Shown: piece after piece, positions 13,513-24,405 of the stretch | Position numbering within the stretch: position 1 is the first letter of the stretch | Layout: each line of letters starts with the position of its first letter | DNA from: Heterodontus francisci | Taxonomy: Eukaryota | Direction of reading: 5' to 3' | DNA: 64,000 nt | NCBI RefSeq assembly: GCF_036365525.1 | Contig: NC_090377.1 | Span: forward strand, 122,688,007-122,752,006 | Notes under the pieces: model-generated | What the model was told of the DNA's origin: nothing | What the model saw: only the letters and a program-made list of their open reading frames with translations | Database searches by the model: none | Program-made: the position numbers and the translations under genes

Positions 13513-14050
13513 CCCAAGCAGCTCTGTAACACAGGAGTCTGTGCTCTTCGTGCTGTTCCCAGGGACGCACACCAAGACAAACATCAACTGCTGCTGGAGG
13601 ACTATCAATTCGGTGAAAGACGCCCTTTGGTTTGCCCGAAACCTGCTGGTCTTCCAGCGCAAAGAGTTTTCCACCACCGAATGTTGCAGACTGGCACATT
13701 CCAAGGTCCAGGACTACGTGCTGAGGGACGCACTAAAGCTTGGGGCAGCCGCAGCAAAGGCTCAATGGGGAAAGACCACAGTGTAAGGTCCCCCCACCAA
13801 GCTGAACTGAGGATCCATGGGAAACCCCTCGAACTGTATCGGGAAAATTCTGTGTGCTGTAAATGTAAAAATGTAATTGGCATGACAATGAAATGGAAGG
13901 GTTGTGAGGCAACTCAAAATTGTATGGAAGGAAACTGATCACCTTTGCACTGTTTGTATTTTTTGACTTGATGCTGTTTTAAACTGTTTGGAAATGTATT
14001 TTTCACAGATTTTTATGAATAAAGTATATTTTGGAAATTTAAAAAAAAAA
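13513..14050 (+). mobile_element. Tx1 LINE, 5'-truncated, copy 2 (tandem to copy 1)
   Basis: Nearly identical ORF2 end to 12958-13234, diverged 3' UTR, poly(A), flanked by ATTATTTACACAT. Confidence 0.9.
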
Positions 14051-14759
14051 TTATTTACACATCATTATCTACACTCTGCTCAAACCTCTCTAGCTAGCAT
14101 CCTTCGTGCTGCTACTCTCATCTTCCAAAGCCCATTACCATGTGACTGTAACATCATCATCGCTACAGTGTGAGGAGTTCCTCTCACTGTTTCCGACATT
14201 AATTGTTTCAGGTCCTTAGACTACAGTGAGTACAGACCAATATTTAATTACCTAATCAATATGACCAAAAAAATGGGCTTAGAAATGGGGCTGATTTTGA
14301 CTTTCTGCGGTAACGTAAAGCGGCTTATGACGATTAGACAGCCTGTTTTACAACTCTCCTGCTTTAGTTCCAAAGTTAAAATCTACGCCATTGAGTTCTT
14401 GTTAGAAGCATTTTTGAAGCTGTGAAGTACTGAGTGGCTTCGGGCTCAGAACTTTGACCTGTTTCTAATTTGCCTATGTGAGCTGGATTCTGTAACTCAA
14501 TGCAAAATGGTCAAATCTGCAGCTGATACCAAACTAGAAGGGACTTGAAGCTGGCAACTCAAAAATTGAAGGATGATTTGGACAAGACCTGAAACAGCAA
14601 ATCAAATGAGGTAAAAAAAGGGGAAAATATTTCACATGGAACGAAAGAAAATGGAAAGAATTGAATTTACCTGCATTTCTATGGCACCTTTCACACCCTC
14701 AGTATATCTCAAAGCACTTTAAAGTCAATTATGTAGTTCTGAAGTGTAGTCATTGTCAG

Positions 14760-15515
14760 CAACATAGGAGCAGAAGTAGGTCATTCAGCACATCGAGCCT
14801 GCTCCGCCATTCAGTACGATCATGGCTGATCATCCACTTCAATTCCTTTTTCCCACACCAGCCTCATATCCCTTTATGCCATTTATATTTAGAAATCTGT
14901 CAATCTCTACTTTAAACATTTTCAGTGACTGAGCTTCCATGGCCCTCTGGGGTAGAGATTTCCAAAGATTCACAACCCTCTTAGTTAAGAAATTTCTCCT
15001 CATCTTGGTCCGAGTGGCTTCCCCCTTATTTTGAAATTGTGTCCTCTGGTTCTAGACTCCCCAACCAGGGGAAACATCTTAGCTGCATCTACCAAGTATT
15101 TTGTAAGTTTCAATGAGATCACCTCTCATTCTTCGAAACTCCAGAGAATACAGGCCCAGTTTCCCCAGTCTCTCTTCATAGGACAGTCCTGCCATCCGGG
15201 AACAAGTCTGGTGAACCTTCATTGTACTCCCTCTATGGCAATAATATCCTTCCTAAAATAAGGGGACCAAATCTGCACACAGTACTCCAGGTGCGGCCTA
15301 ACCAAGGTTCTATACAATTGAAGCAAGACTTCACTACTTCTGTACTCAAATCCTCTTGCGATAAAGGCCAACATACCATTAGCCTTCCTGATTGCTGGCT
15401 GCACCTGCATGTTAACTTTCAGAGACTTATGGACAAGGACACCCGGGTCTCTATGTACATCTACACTTTCTAATCTCTTACCATTTAAGAAATACTCTGC
15501 ACATTTGTTCCTCCG
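14760..15515 (-). mobile_element. CR1 LINE 3' end inserted into a DeuSINE (SINE halves ~14660-14757 and ~15518-15600)
   Basis: ORF 15219-15578 has KANGMLAFIARG..LYRTLVRPHLEYCVQxWSP; CR1 3' UTR near 14760. Confidence 0.85.
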
Positions 15516-15799
15516 ACCTGTTGTAATATAAAAAACACACCAGCCAATTTGTGCACAGCAAACTCCCACAAACAGCAATGAGATAAATAACCAAATAATT
15601 GGGGAGAACTTAGTTTCCAGAGAGCCTCTGAAAGTTCAAAAATAACATCCATTATGCCCACATGCACTTCCGACATGAAATGCACTGGACACCATATTTG
15701 TAAAGGGATTTGCACGCACATGCCAAATGACTGCCGAAACCATGCAGAGTAGACAAATCATGATGTTCATCTGTGTGCAACGCTGACTTGACACCAGCA

Positions 15800-16757
15800 C
15801 AGGGACTGGATCCCATGTAAAACCCCTTGGGTTGTATGCACCAGAGAATGTTTGACATGAAACATTGTAAATGTAACCTGTAATCGCAAGTGTAGTTGAG
15901 GCACCTCATGTACTGATTTGAAAGAAACTGATCTTTATTGCACTTCATGTAATGTCAAATTTAAAATGTTCTGTATTTTTTTTTACCGATTTTATGTCAT
16001 TTGGTAGAACGCCTCATCACCAGAATTTTCAAACAAGCACCAAGACATAGCTTGGCTGATGGTGAGAAAGGACCTCCCTGTCAGATCCTTCTTGCATGCC
16101 CGGAGTCTCACCCCCTCTGCACTCTGCCCTCGAGGTGGCTGTGGTGGGGAAGAGACTGTTGCCCAACTCCTTCTGGAATGTGTCTTCGCAAAGCAGGTGT
16201 GGAAAGAGATGCAGTGGTTTTTGTCGAGGTTCATCCCAAGCAGCTCTGTAACACAGCAGTCTGTGCTCTACGGGCTGTTCCCAGGGACACACACCGAGAT
16301 AAACATCAACTGCTGCTGGAGGACCATCAATTCGGTAAAAGACGCTCTTTGGTCTGCCAGAAACTTACTGGTCTTCCAGCGTAGACTTGTCCAGAGTCGA
16401 GTGTTACAGACTGGCACATTCTAAGGCTACGTGCTGAGGGACGCACTAAAGCTTGGGGCAGCCACTGCAAAGGCTCAATGGGGAATGACCACTGTGTAAG
16501 GTCCTCCCGCCATAGTGAACTGAGGGGCTGGACCCATGGGAAACCCCTCGGGCTGTATACACCAAATATGGGTTGGCTGTAAAATGTACATGGCATACAA
16601 AATGGGATGGAAGGGTTGTGAGGCAACTCACTCCTGTATTGAAGAAAACTGATTTCCTTTGCACTTTTAGAAATGTCATCTTGGTGCTGTTTTGAACTGG
16701 TTTGTAATGTATTTTTGTTACAGATTTTTATGAATAAAGTATATTTTTGGAAAAAAA
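15800..16757 (+). mobile_element. Tx1 3'-UTR relic (15800-15996) followed by Tx1 copy (15997-16757)
   Basis: ORF 16059-16424 is homologous to the Tx1 zf-RVT region; ends AATAAAGTATATTTTTGG(A)n. The upstream segment matches the same 3' UTR but stops just before AATAAA. Confidence 0.85.
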
Positions 16758-16899
16758 GATAAAATTAGATAACATCAAAATTAGTTATATGGGATAAAGA
16801 TTATAAACTTTATAGGAATAAGGATAGGGATTGTGAAATTTACAAGTGCAGAGGCTTAAAACTCCATATATCGTTTCAGTGGTTTGACAACTCTTGCTG

Positions 16900-17590
16900 G
16901 GGAATCTGCATCTCAGCTGTTGCTATTTTTTCTGAAGTTTCTCCCTCTCTGCATTCAGTTTCTGTTGCTCTGCCTTCAACCTGCTAATATACTCTGTTGC
17001 TTTTCTCAGGATGCCCACTTTTTGAGGCCTTGTTACTCTTGGAAAGTTCCGGCACCTCATCTTGAAGAGCCAACAGAAAATGCTCCACCTCATTCTTCCT
17101 CAGCCTCTTCATGACATTGCGTGTCCTTCGCCTCTCCTCATCATCTGTGTGTGAAGGTCTGGGGATTCAAGGTCGAGGATTTGTTCGGGAAAGAGTACTT
17201 GGTCTCATGGAGGTACCTGTCCGTTCTGGCTCGTTGTGGTGCTGGTGGTTCTCTAGAGAGCAGAAGTGAAGGCGCAGCATAGGATTGCTGAATTTCCAGA
17301 CTGCACCGTTTGATGCTGGCCAGAGTCTGAAAGCGGGTTCCGGTCCTTGGAGATTTTCCCTCACTGCCAGCCTTTGCTTCTCAATGGTTACAACGGCAAT
17401 CCCTTTTCTGAATCACTGGAGCGTGAAGAAACACTGCCTTTTGACAAAGAGTTTTCACCATCCAAATTTGGATCTTCATTCTCCTGGTGTGGCATCTCTG
17501 AGAAGAGGCTGATACTGTCCAAACCAGAACCACTGAGATCCTGCAAGAACTGTGACTCAATCTCAGATATCAAGGGGCTGGACACAGGGA
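16900..17590 (-). pseudogene. myc: Intronless, 5'-truncated Myc-family (bHLH-Zip) pseudogene embedded in Gypsy pol
   Basis: Manual minus-strand translation gives, in order: QFLQDLS, SSDSE/IAVVTIEKQR (MBIIIb EEIDVVTVEKR), IKRCSLEIQQSYAAPS (MBIV), PPAPQRARTD (NLS-like), DDEERRRTRNVMKRLRKNEVEHFLLALQDEVPELSKSNKASK/VGILRKATEYISRLKAEQQKLNAEREKLQKK*QQLR. About 4 frameshifts and 1 stop; the paralog is uncertain. Confidence 0.92.
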
Positions 17591-18879
17591 GATGCAGTAT
17601 GGCATCACCTTTGGAGTCTCCTGTGGCCTCAAACCTGTCTGGGTACATTTGTTGCAAAACCTGGACTGACTCAATATGGTTGTATCTTTGATTTCCAACA
17701 ACCCCAGTACATATCCTGCAAGATTCGAACTGGTAGGATATTTGCACTAGCTCTGGTGTCAATCTTGACCCTGAGTGTGTGGTTTCCAGCTTTCTTTGGG
17801 CACATGATGTTAATGGTAGCAAAAGCTTCCAGTTGTTTGGCTTTATCAACAACAATGTGTCAGGTTCACAATGTGAGAAGCCTGTTCGTCTTCTGGCTGA
17901 GAATTGCTCCACTCTGAGTCTTGCTTCAGGTCTGTTTCGTTGTGGACTTCGTGTATTGGCTTGCATAGGCGGGCCCAGTGTCCTTTTGCACCGCACGCCT
18001 TGCACAGATCTTGAAATGCAGGACAACTTTGCGGTGATTGGGACAAACCACACTTACCACGCAGCTTGCTTGCTTTTTGCGATCTGGTTATTGTGCCAAT
18101 ACTGTTGGCTGCAACTACTGCTTGCTGATGCTGTTGTCCAGCTACAATGCCTTCATATTTCCTGCCATCTTCTAGCAGCGCATCAATGCTGTGACCTTTC
18201 TTTTTCCCCAAGAGGTCTTTCTGAAACGCTTCAATGGCTGTTGAGACAATCACCAGTTCCATTAATCACTCCGACAGCTCAGTTACTGAAAAATCGCAAT
18301 TGTTGCCCTTACTATGGCATCTACTGATGAACTGATCTATTGATTCCTGTGACTGTTGCCTGTAGGACATCAATTTCAGGGGGTGAATTCTGAAATTCAC
18401 TCTTATTTGGAGTTGATCTTCTAGAACTTTCCATATCTTTGTGGGATCTTTCTGGTCCTCTTCAGATAAGCCAGAGTTACTGATTCTGTATAATCCCTTA
18501 TTTCCAACTGCTATTAGTATTTTTACAGCCTGCTTCTCTCATTATACAATCACTTGTTCTGTGAAACATAACTGCATTCTTTGTTTAAAAAGTTTCAACT
18601 CGGATAGGATATCAATGGCCTTCCAGTTCATGCTGGGAAATTTGGTATCACCTTTCTGCTGTTCCTTTGCTTTCTGCTCTATATTTAACTTTGTTCTTTT
18701 CACTCTGCACTGTTTCCCCTTTAAGAAATTCTCTGTTATTTAGACTAGCTGCTTGGAATGGAGAGGAGCAAGTGTTTGGCAGTGTTCTCTTAAGTGCTTG
18801 CAGTACTTAAGCCTGTCTGTTTACAGAGCTGTTCAATAGGCAATTCAATTGCTTTTTTTAGAGTTTGTTTATGTTCTTC

Positions 18880-19060
18880 ACGCTCGAGTGGTTTAATTTT
18901 TTTGAGCTGTGGCTGAGTAAATGGAGACTCTTCTTCCTGCTCGAATGGTTTAATGATTTTTTTAAACTTTGGCTGCTTGAATGGAGACTCGTCTTCATGC
19001 TCGAGTGGTTTAATGACTTTTTTAAACTTTTGCTGCATGAATGGAGATTCTGCAGTGTTC
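18880..19060 (-). repeat. ~60-bp tandem repeat x3 in the Gypsy leader, encoding 20-aa units
   Basis: ORF 18790-19095 repeats ESPFxQxKFKKxIKPxExE three times. Confidence 0.8.
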
Positions 19061-19085
19061 AGAAGTTTCCCATGCTTTTTGTTAT

Positions 19086-19436
19086 GGGGCGGCACAGTGG
19101 CGCAGTGGTTAGCACTGCAGCCTCACAGCTCCAGCGACCCGGGTTCAATTCTGGGTACTGCCTGTGTGGAGTTTGCAAGTTCTCCCTGTGTCTGCGTGGG
19201 TTTCCTCCGGGTGCTCCGGTTTCCTCCCACATGCCAAAGACTTGCAGGTTGATAGGTAAATTGGCCATTAGCAATTGCCCCTAGTATAGGTAGGTGGTAG
19301 GGTAATATAGGGACAGGTGGGGATGTGGTAGGAATATGGAATTAGTGTAGGATTAGTATAAATGGGTGGTTGATGGTCGGCACAGACTCGAAGGGCCTGT
19401 TTCAGTGCTATATCTCTAAACTAAACTAAACTAAAC
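19086..19436 (+). mobile_element. HE1-type V-SINE inserted in the Gypsy leader
   Basis: A box TGGCGCAGTGG, B box GGTTCAATTC, V-domain GGGTTTCCTCCGGGTGCTCCGGTTTCCTCCCAC, tail (CTAAA)n. Confidence 0.9.
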
Positions 19437-20056
19437 CTCCTGTAATGTCGCCGACCTCGATCAGCCTGGGCGAGGAATCAGATCCTCCCTGTGTTTTTTT
19501 TTCATGGAGCCTTTGAAAAAAATCAACTTTTTAAGCACTTCAAAGCTTGTTTTTTTTTTAAACCAGTATCCCTCGACTGTCGGCACGATGACTCACTCGA
19601 TCACAGGAATTTGCTTGCAGCCTGTCATTCTGAAATCTGTCTTCTACAGCTGGAGGTAAGTTCTTTTTTCTTTCCACTTTTTGGGCCAGTATCTCTTTTG
19701 AACTTTCTTTCTTTTGTCTGTAGCAGGGGTCATTTTCAAAGCTATTTTACCTGTGGTCTTCAAGCTTAGCTCTTGTGTTTTCACCACAGCTGCCACCATA
19801 TAATGAGTTCTTTATGTTGTCTGATGCAACATAAATGAGACACGTGGAGCTTAGTTTGCTGAAGATCTCTAACAGGTTTATTAACAGCTCAACTATTATA
19901 TACAGTACAGAGCAAACTATTTACAGAACCTTCGTCTGAGCGTTACAGTTGCAGAGTGACTCTGGCTTCGAGTCACATGACTACATCCTGGTACTTAGCT
20001 CATTAGCATACTGAGATCTTAAAGGGACATCACTCTTAAGGCAATCATACAATTAG

Positions 20057-20140
20057 GCGGGAGAGAGAGATAGAGAGAGAGGGGGAGACAGAGAGAGAGA
20101 GGGGGGCGAGAGAGACGCAGAGATGGGGAGAGAGGGAAAA
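20057..20140. repeat. Imperfect (GA)n microsatellite
   Basis: Directly visible purine-rich GA repeat. Confidence 0.85.
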
Positions 20141-20443
20141 GAAAGACATATGGACATCTATCCAGAATACTCTGCATCGCTATATCAAGTGTGCAGGCAG
20201 AGACTGACTGTTTTTGCTTGCAAAAACAATGTAGGTATCTCACTAAATCAGTGTTCAACATAGTGACGAGAATGTAAGGCAATAAATTAGTCTTCTAATT
20301 TAAAGCTTCTTCACGAAAATGCCCATTTATTGACTTGCTAGGAAGGTAATTTATTAATGCCTTTCTGAAATTTTCTCACCGGCCCCCTATGTAGGACAAA
20401 AACTGTAGTGTGGCCCCGCCACATGAAAAGGTTGGACACCCCT
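20140..20443. mobile_element. One end of a hAT-Charlie-like DNA transposon
   Basis: Ends AAAAGGTTGGACACCCCTG (reverse complement CAGGGGTGTCCAACC) with subterminal GGCCCC motifs; partner TIR not found. Confidence 0.55.
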
Positions 20444-21695
20444 GATATAGTGCCTTTAATATAGCAAAACGTCCCAAAGCACTTCACATGAGCATTATCA
20501 AACAAAATTTGATATTGAGTGACATAAGGAGCTATTAGGGTAAATGACCAAAAGTTTGGTCAAAGAGGCAGGTTTTAGGGACCATCTTAAATGAGGAAAG
20601 TGAGGATATAGAGAGGCGGAGAGGTTCCGGGAGAAAATTCCAGATCATAGGGCCTTAGCAATTGAAAGCCGGGTCACCAATGGTGGAATGATTAAAATCA
20701 GGAATGCTCAAGAAACCAGAATTGGAGGAGTGGAAATATTTCGGAGCTTACAGAGATAGGGTCATGGAGGGATTTGAAAACAAGGAGTGGTATTTAATGG
20801 AGGCGATGGGGGTCTCACCTGGTGGCTGAAGAGCCGGCGAGATCCCCGTGTAGCCTTGTTTCCGGAAGGTCCACCGCATTACATGCCAATCAGGCACTTA
20901 ACTGGGCAGCAGTGGGCCTTCCCCAGGATCAGGACCACAGGGACAGAAGTCCCGCCTGCTGAAAACTGCCAGCCAGTCAGAGGCTGCCTGATCTTTCACT
21001 CAGCAGTGCTACCTGGGAGGTGGTGGCTGCTGCAGTAATGCACACATCCGAGGCCCAGGATTGTCGATGGACCCAGGCCACTGGTGAGTGATAGCGGGAG
21101 GGGTTTCATGGGATGGGGATTGCAGGGGAGTGGATTGTGAGGGGGTTGGCAGCAAAGGCAGGGTTTTGGCTCTCAGTGAGCTTCCACCTCCTTCCCGATG
21201 CTGGGTCCCTTGATCAGACACTAAGTGCCTTTGAATGAAGCACCCTGGCCCGGGAGCCAGCAAGCAACCCACAGGGCTTTGCTTGTTGTGCTCCCCACAT
21301 GGTGACAGGCCTGCCCATTGCTGGGCTAATACCAGCAGCGGTGGGAAAAGGCCCTTAATTGGGCATTAATTGCCCACTTAATGGCCTCAATTGGTGGCCT
21401 GGTGGAAAGGCCGTCCACAGGCCTTCCCGCCATGGATTTAATTGGAGTGGAAGCAGAAAAGCAGCGGGGTCCCCATCTGCCACCATCCCGCCAAATAAAA
21501 TGCTCTCCCCACCTTCAAACCCACCACAGGGGAGAGATTAAAATCCAGCCCAAGGAAGAAAATTTTAAAATTGAGATGTTTCTTAACTGAGAGCCAGATC
21601 TGTGAGCACAGGCATGGTGGGTGTACAGGATTTGGTGCGAGTTAGGAATTGGGCAACAGAATTTTGGACGATCACAAGTTTATGGAGGGTTGAAA
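20444..21695 (-). mobile_element. L2 3' end, split by a Harbinger-type element at 20784-21551
   Basis: Collinear with L2 at 4045-4450 on both sides of the insertion. Confidence 0.75.
20784..21551. mobile_element. Non-autonomous PIF/Harbinger-type element
   Basis: Imperfect TIRs GGAGTGGTATTTAAT / ATTAAAATCCAGCCC resembling the TIR of the Harbinger at 27584; short AA/CAA duplication; interrupts L2. Confidence 0.65.
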
Positions 21696-21974
21696 ATACT
21701 CCCAGCACCTATTCCAGCCACAATATACCTCCCTTTAAGAGGTGCAGCGCTGCCTTTAAGTAGCACTAGACACTCGCAGTATCAGACCCCCTACTGATGT
21801 GTGCAGCTAATGAACAGTGCTGGTAGCACTGGCTGCACGTAGCAATCACTTAAACAGCAGGCAGCACAAATTTGACATTCTACCTGCAATGCAGTGAATA
21901 TGCACAGGTTAATTGCACATCACAATTCCTTGTGTCTATTTTCAAGGGTAATCCAATTTAACCCCCAAATTTGA

Positions 21975-22195
21975 TCTAATGATGTTGATTGAGGGATAAA
22001 TATTGGCCAGGGCATTGGGAGGAGCTCCCCTGCTCTTATTCAAAATACTGCTATAGGATCTTAGTTGTCCGCCTGAGACAGCACACAGGGCCCTTGGTTT
22101 AATGTCTCATCCAGAGACAGCACCTCTGATAGTGTAGCATTCCCTCAGTACTGCACTGGAGCGTCAGCCTGGATTATGCGCTCATGTCTCTGAAC
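21975..22195 (-). mobile_element. DeuSINE fragment
   Basis: Reverse complement of the Deu core. Confidence 0.7.
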
Positions 22196-23139
22196 TCAAT
22201 GGGGAGATGACTTGTGTACCTCATGCATGTCATTGAAATGGCTTTGGAAGAAACTGAAGGATAACTAGGAGTCTTAATAGATTAGTTGCCAAACATGGCC
22301 AACTGATGCAGAGCAGCAGTCAACAAAGCTAAATAGAGTGTTGAGCTACATGACTACGATGGCACCACTTTTCTAATTGAAAGTCTGTACACATGATGGA
22401 AGAGATGAACGTGCCCACACTCCCTATTTGCTGGAAAGTCTCAACGTGTTGACACAATGGGTAACTCAAACAATTAATTCCTGACCGGGTTGGGTTACTT
22501 TTCATTCCTGACCCGTGATCTTGCCTGCCTCAGACCACAGACGTTTGGTTCAGTTTGAGTTGAGATTCAATTCATTAAAAAAACACAGAAAATACGTTAC
22601 ATCAGAGGGATGAGAGTGGGGGGAGGAAAATGCCTGCCCTGACCTTGATTTTTTGGGGTTAAACCTGAGCAACAAGTCATTAAGTTGTTTTGGCATTGTC
22701 AAAAAATAACTGCAGAGCATGGTGACTGCCGACTCATTAGCACTCAGTCAGAAGGCTCTTGGAATTCAACGCCTGGCTCAATTTTCTCAGTTGCATTTGT
22801 TAAAAGTTAATGGAAAACCAAAATCAATACAATGTTTTTAAAGGCAGAAAATAAACAGTGGCTGGAAACTGCTCCCTCGGGCAAAGAAAGACATTGCAAT
22901 TTACAGTTGGAGGGGATTGTTTCACATTGAAATTTAGTTCTATCACAGAGCGTGACTAATAATTTACAAGTGACAATAACCTATAGAGCACTGCTATCTC
23001 CTCAGTGTTCTGGACAAATCTTCTAGAAGGTTTTTTGAAGCTTTTCAATTATTTTTGTATTTTGGGAAAAGGATTGTTATACGTTTTTGCGCTCGTCAAC
23101 AGCAGTGTTGGGGAATGGATCACTTTTGTTCCCCTTTAA

Positions 23140-23560
23140 GTCAGAGGTCATAGTTTAAATTCCACACCAGACATCGGAACACAAAAGTACAGGCTGGCAC
23201 AGCTAGTGCAGCACCAAGGAAGTGTTGCAATGTCAGAGGTGCCATCATTTGGATGAGACATTAGACTGAGGCCCTGTCTGACTGCTTGGGTAAACGTAAG
23301 GCGTCCCAGGGCATCCTTAGGAAGAAGAGCAAGTGAGCTCTCTCTGGTGTCCCTGGCCAATATTTATCCCTCAACCTACATCACTAAATTAGATTTTCTG
23401 GTCATATCATTTATTGTTTGTGGGATCTTGCTGTGTGCAGGTTGGTTGCCATGGTTCCTGCATTTCAGCAGGGATTACACTTCAAAAGTATTTCAATGGC
23501 TCTAAAGTGCTTTGGAATGTCCTGAGATTGTGGAAGTGTGCTATAAGTGTGAGCCTTTCT
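23140..23560 (+). mobile_element. SacSINE1-like DeuSINE
   Basis: Head, Deu core and tail collinear with 7540-7950. Confidence 0.8.
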
Positions 23561-24224
23561 TTCTCATTATACACACGCCAGCATCAAATTCTCCCAGAGT
23601 TGCATAAAAACACTCAGACTGCAGAATGGTCCAAAAACACAACCTTGGAAAGGACACCCTCTTCTCTACCCATGCCAATTTTGCCATTTCCCACACCAAG
23701 TAACATTATGGACCTCTCTGAGCAACTCTGACAGCTTGAGGCTATCTCGTCCTGATCACAAGGTAGTTTTGTTGACGAATGCCCACTAGGATCTTGGTCG
23801 GGACTTGTCCAAACTCAGTGTGCTTGCAGCTAATGGCGAGAGGAGAATTTCATCCAACCTGTCTGGGCTCTATTCAATCTTAGGCGACAGAGAGGAAAGC
23901 ATGTCTCTCTGTAGTTTGCTTCAAATTCTAATAATACTTTTTTTAAACAAAAAAGCATCATTTAAAATCAATGTTGCTATACTTTCTTTTGGTTTCCAAC
24001 ATGCAGAACTCTTCTTATACCAGTGCTGAGTTGGGTGACATGAAGCATACAACAACTGTCTGGAGTGGCTTCCCCTCTGAACAGAAACTTTAATCTGTCC
24101 CTGGGTACTACTAATCTTCCAAATTCCAATAAATCTGCACAGCTGAGTGATTGAGGATGTTTACCTCAAGACAGGAGACTGTCTCCGGCCGTTTAGCAAA
24201 AATAAACGACCAGGTCATCTGTCT

Positions 24225-24405
24225 TATGTGTTGATTGAGGGATAAATATTGACCAGGATACCGGGGAAAACTCCCCTGCTTTTCTTTGAAATAGGACCGT
24301 GGGATCTTTTACGTCCATCTGAGAGGGCAGACGGGGCCTTGGTTTAACGTCTCATCACAAAGATAGTGCCTCTGACAGTGCAGCACCCCTCAGTACTGAA
24401 CTGAA
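24225..24405 (-). mobile_element. DeuSINE fragment
   Basis: Deu core GTTGAGGGATAAATATTG...GGTTTAACGTCTCATC. Confidence 0.7.

Larger units (their letters stand above)
10930..14225 (-). mobile_element. Gypsy LTR retrotransposon remnant 1: 5' LTR (12182-14225, interrupted by Tx1), PBS, gag, protease fragment
   Basis: PBS TGGTGGCACCGG at 12170-12181. Gag motifs WxxWRNRFLQFRIAS..QVNTLLY and DLTCEKAIQIVRQAE; protease C-terminus SLLSRKACLDLHLI; internal deletions. Confidence 0.8.
16760..20051 (-). mobile_element. Gypsy LTR retrotransposon remnant 2: 5' LTR, PBS, leader ORF, gag, partial protease, captured myc in place of RT/RH/IN, pol C-terminal tail, 3' UTR; no 3' LTR seen
   Basis: LTR ~19799-20051; PBS TGGTGGCAGCTGTGG (19784-19798); gag zinc knuckle CPAFQDLCKACGAKGHWARLC; protease VKIDTRASANILP (~17730-17770); pre-RT linker MYPDRFEATGxxKGDAILHL; tail ARVVKPLKRYMEF* (16856-16897). 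Confidence 0.85.

Noticed and set aside
17388-18053. 221-aa ORF as a functional gene
   Set aside because: Its first ~120 aa are an off-frame reading of gag/protease; only the last ~100 aa are meaningful (pol linker plus Myc), and the Myc frame then shifts.
19086-19160. tRNA gene
   Set aside because: The A and B boxes belong to a SINE head that continues into the V-domain; no complete cloverleaf.
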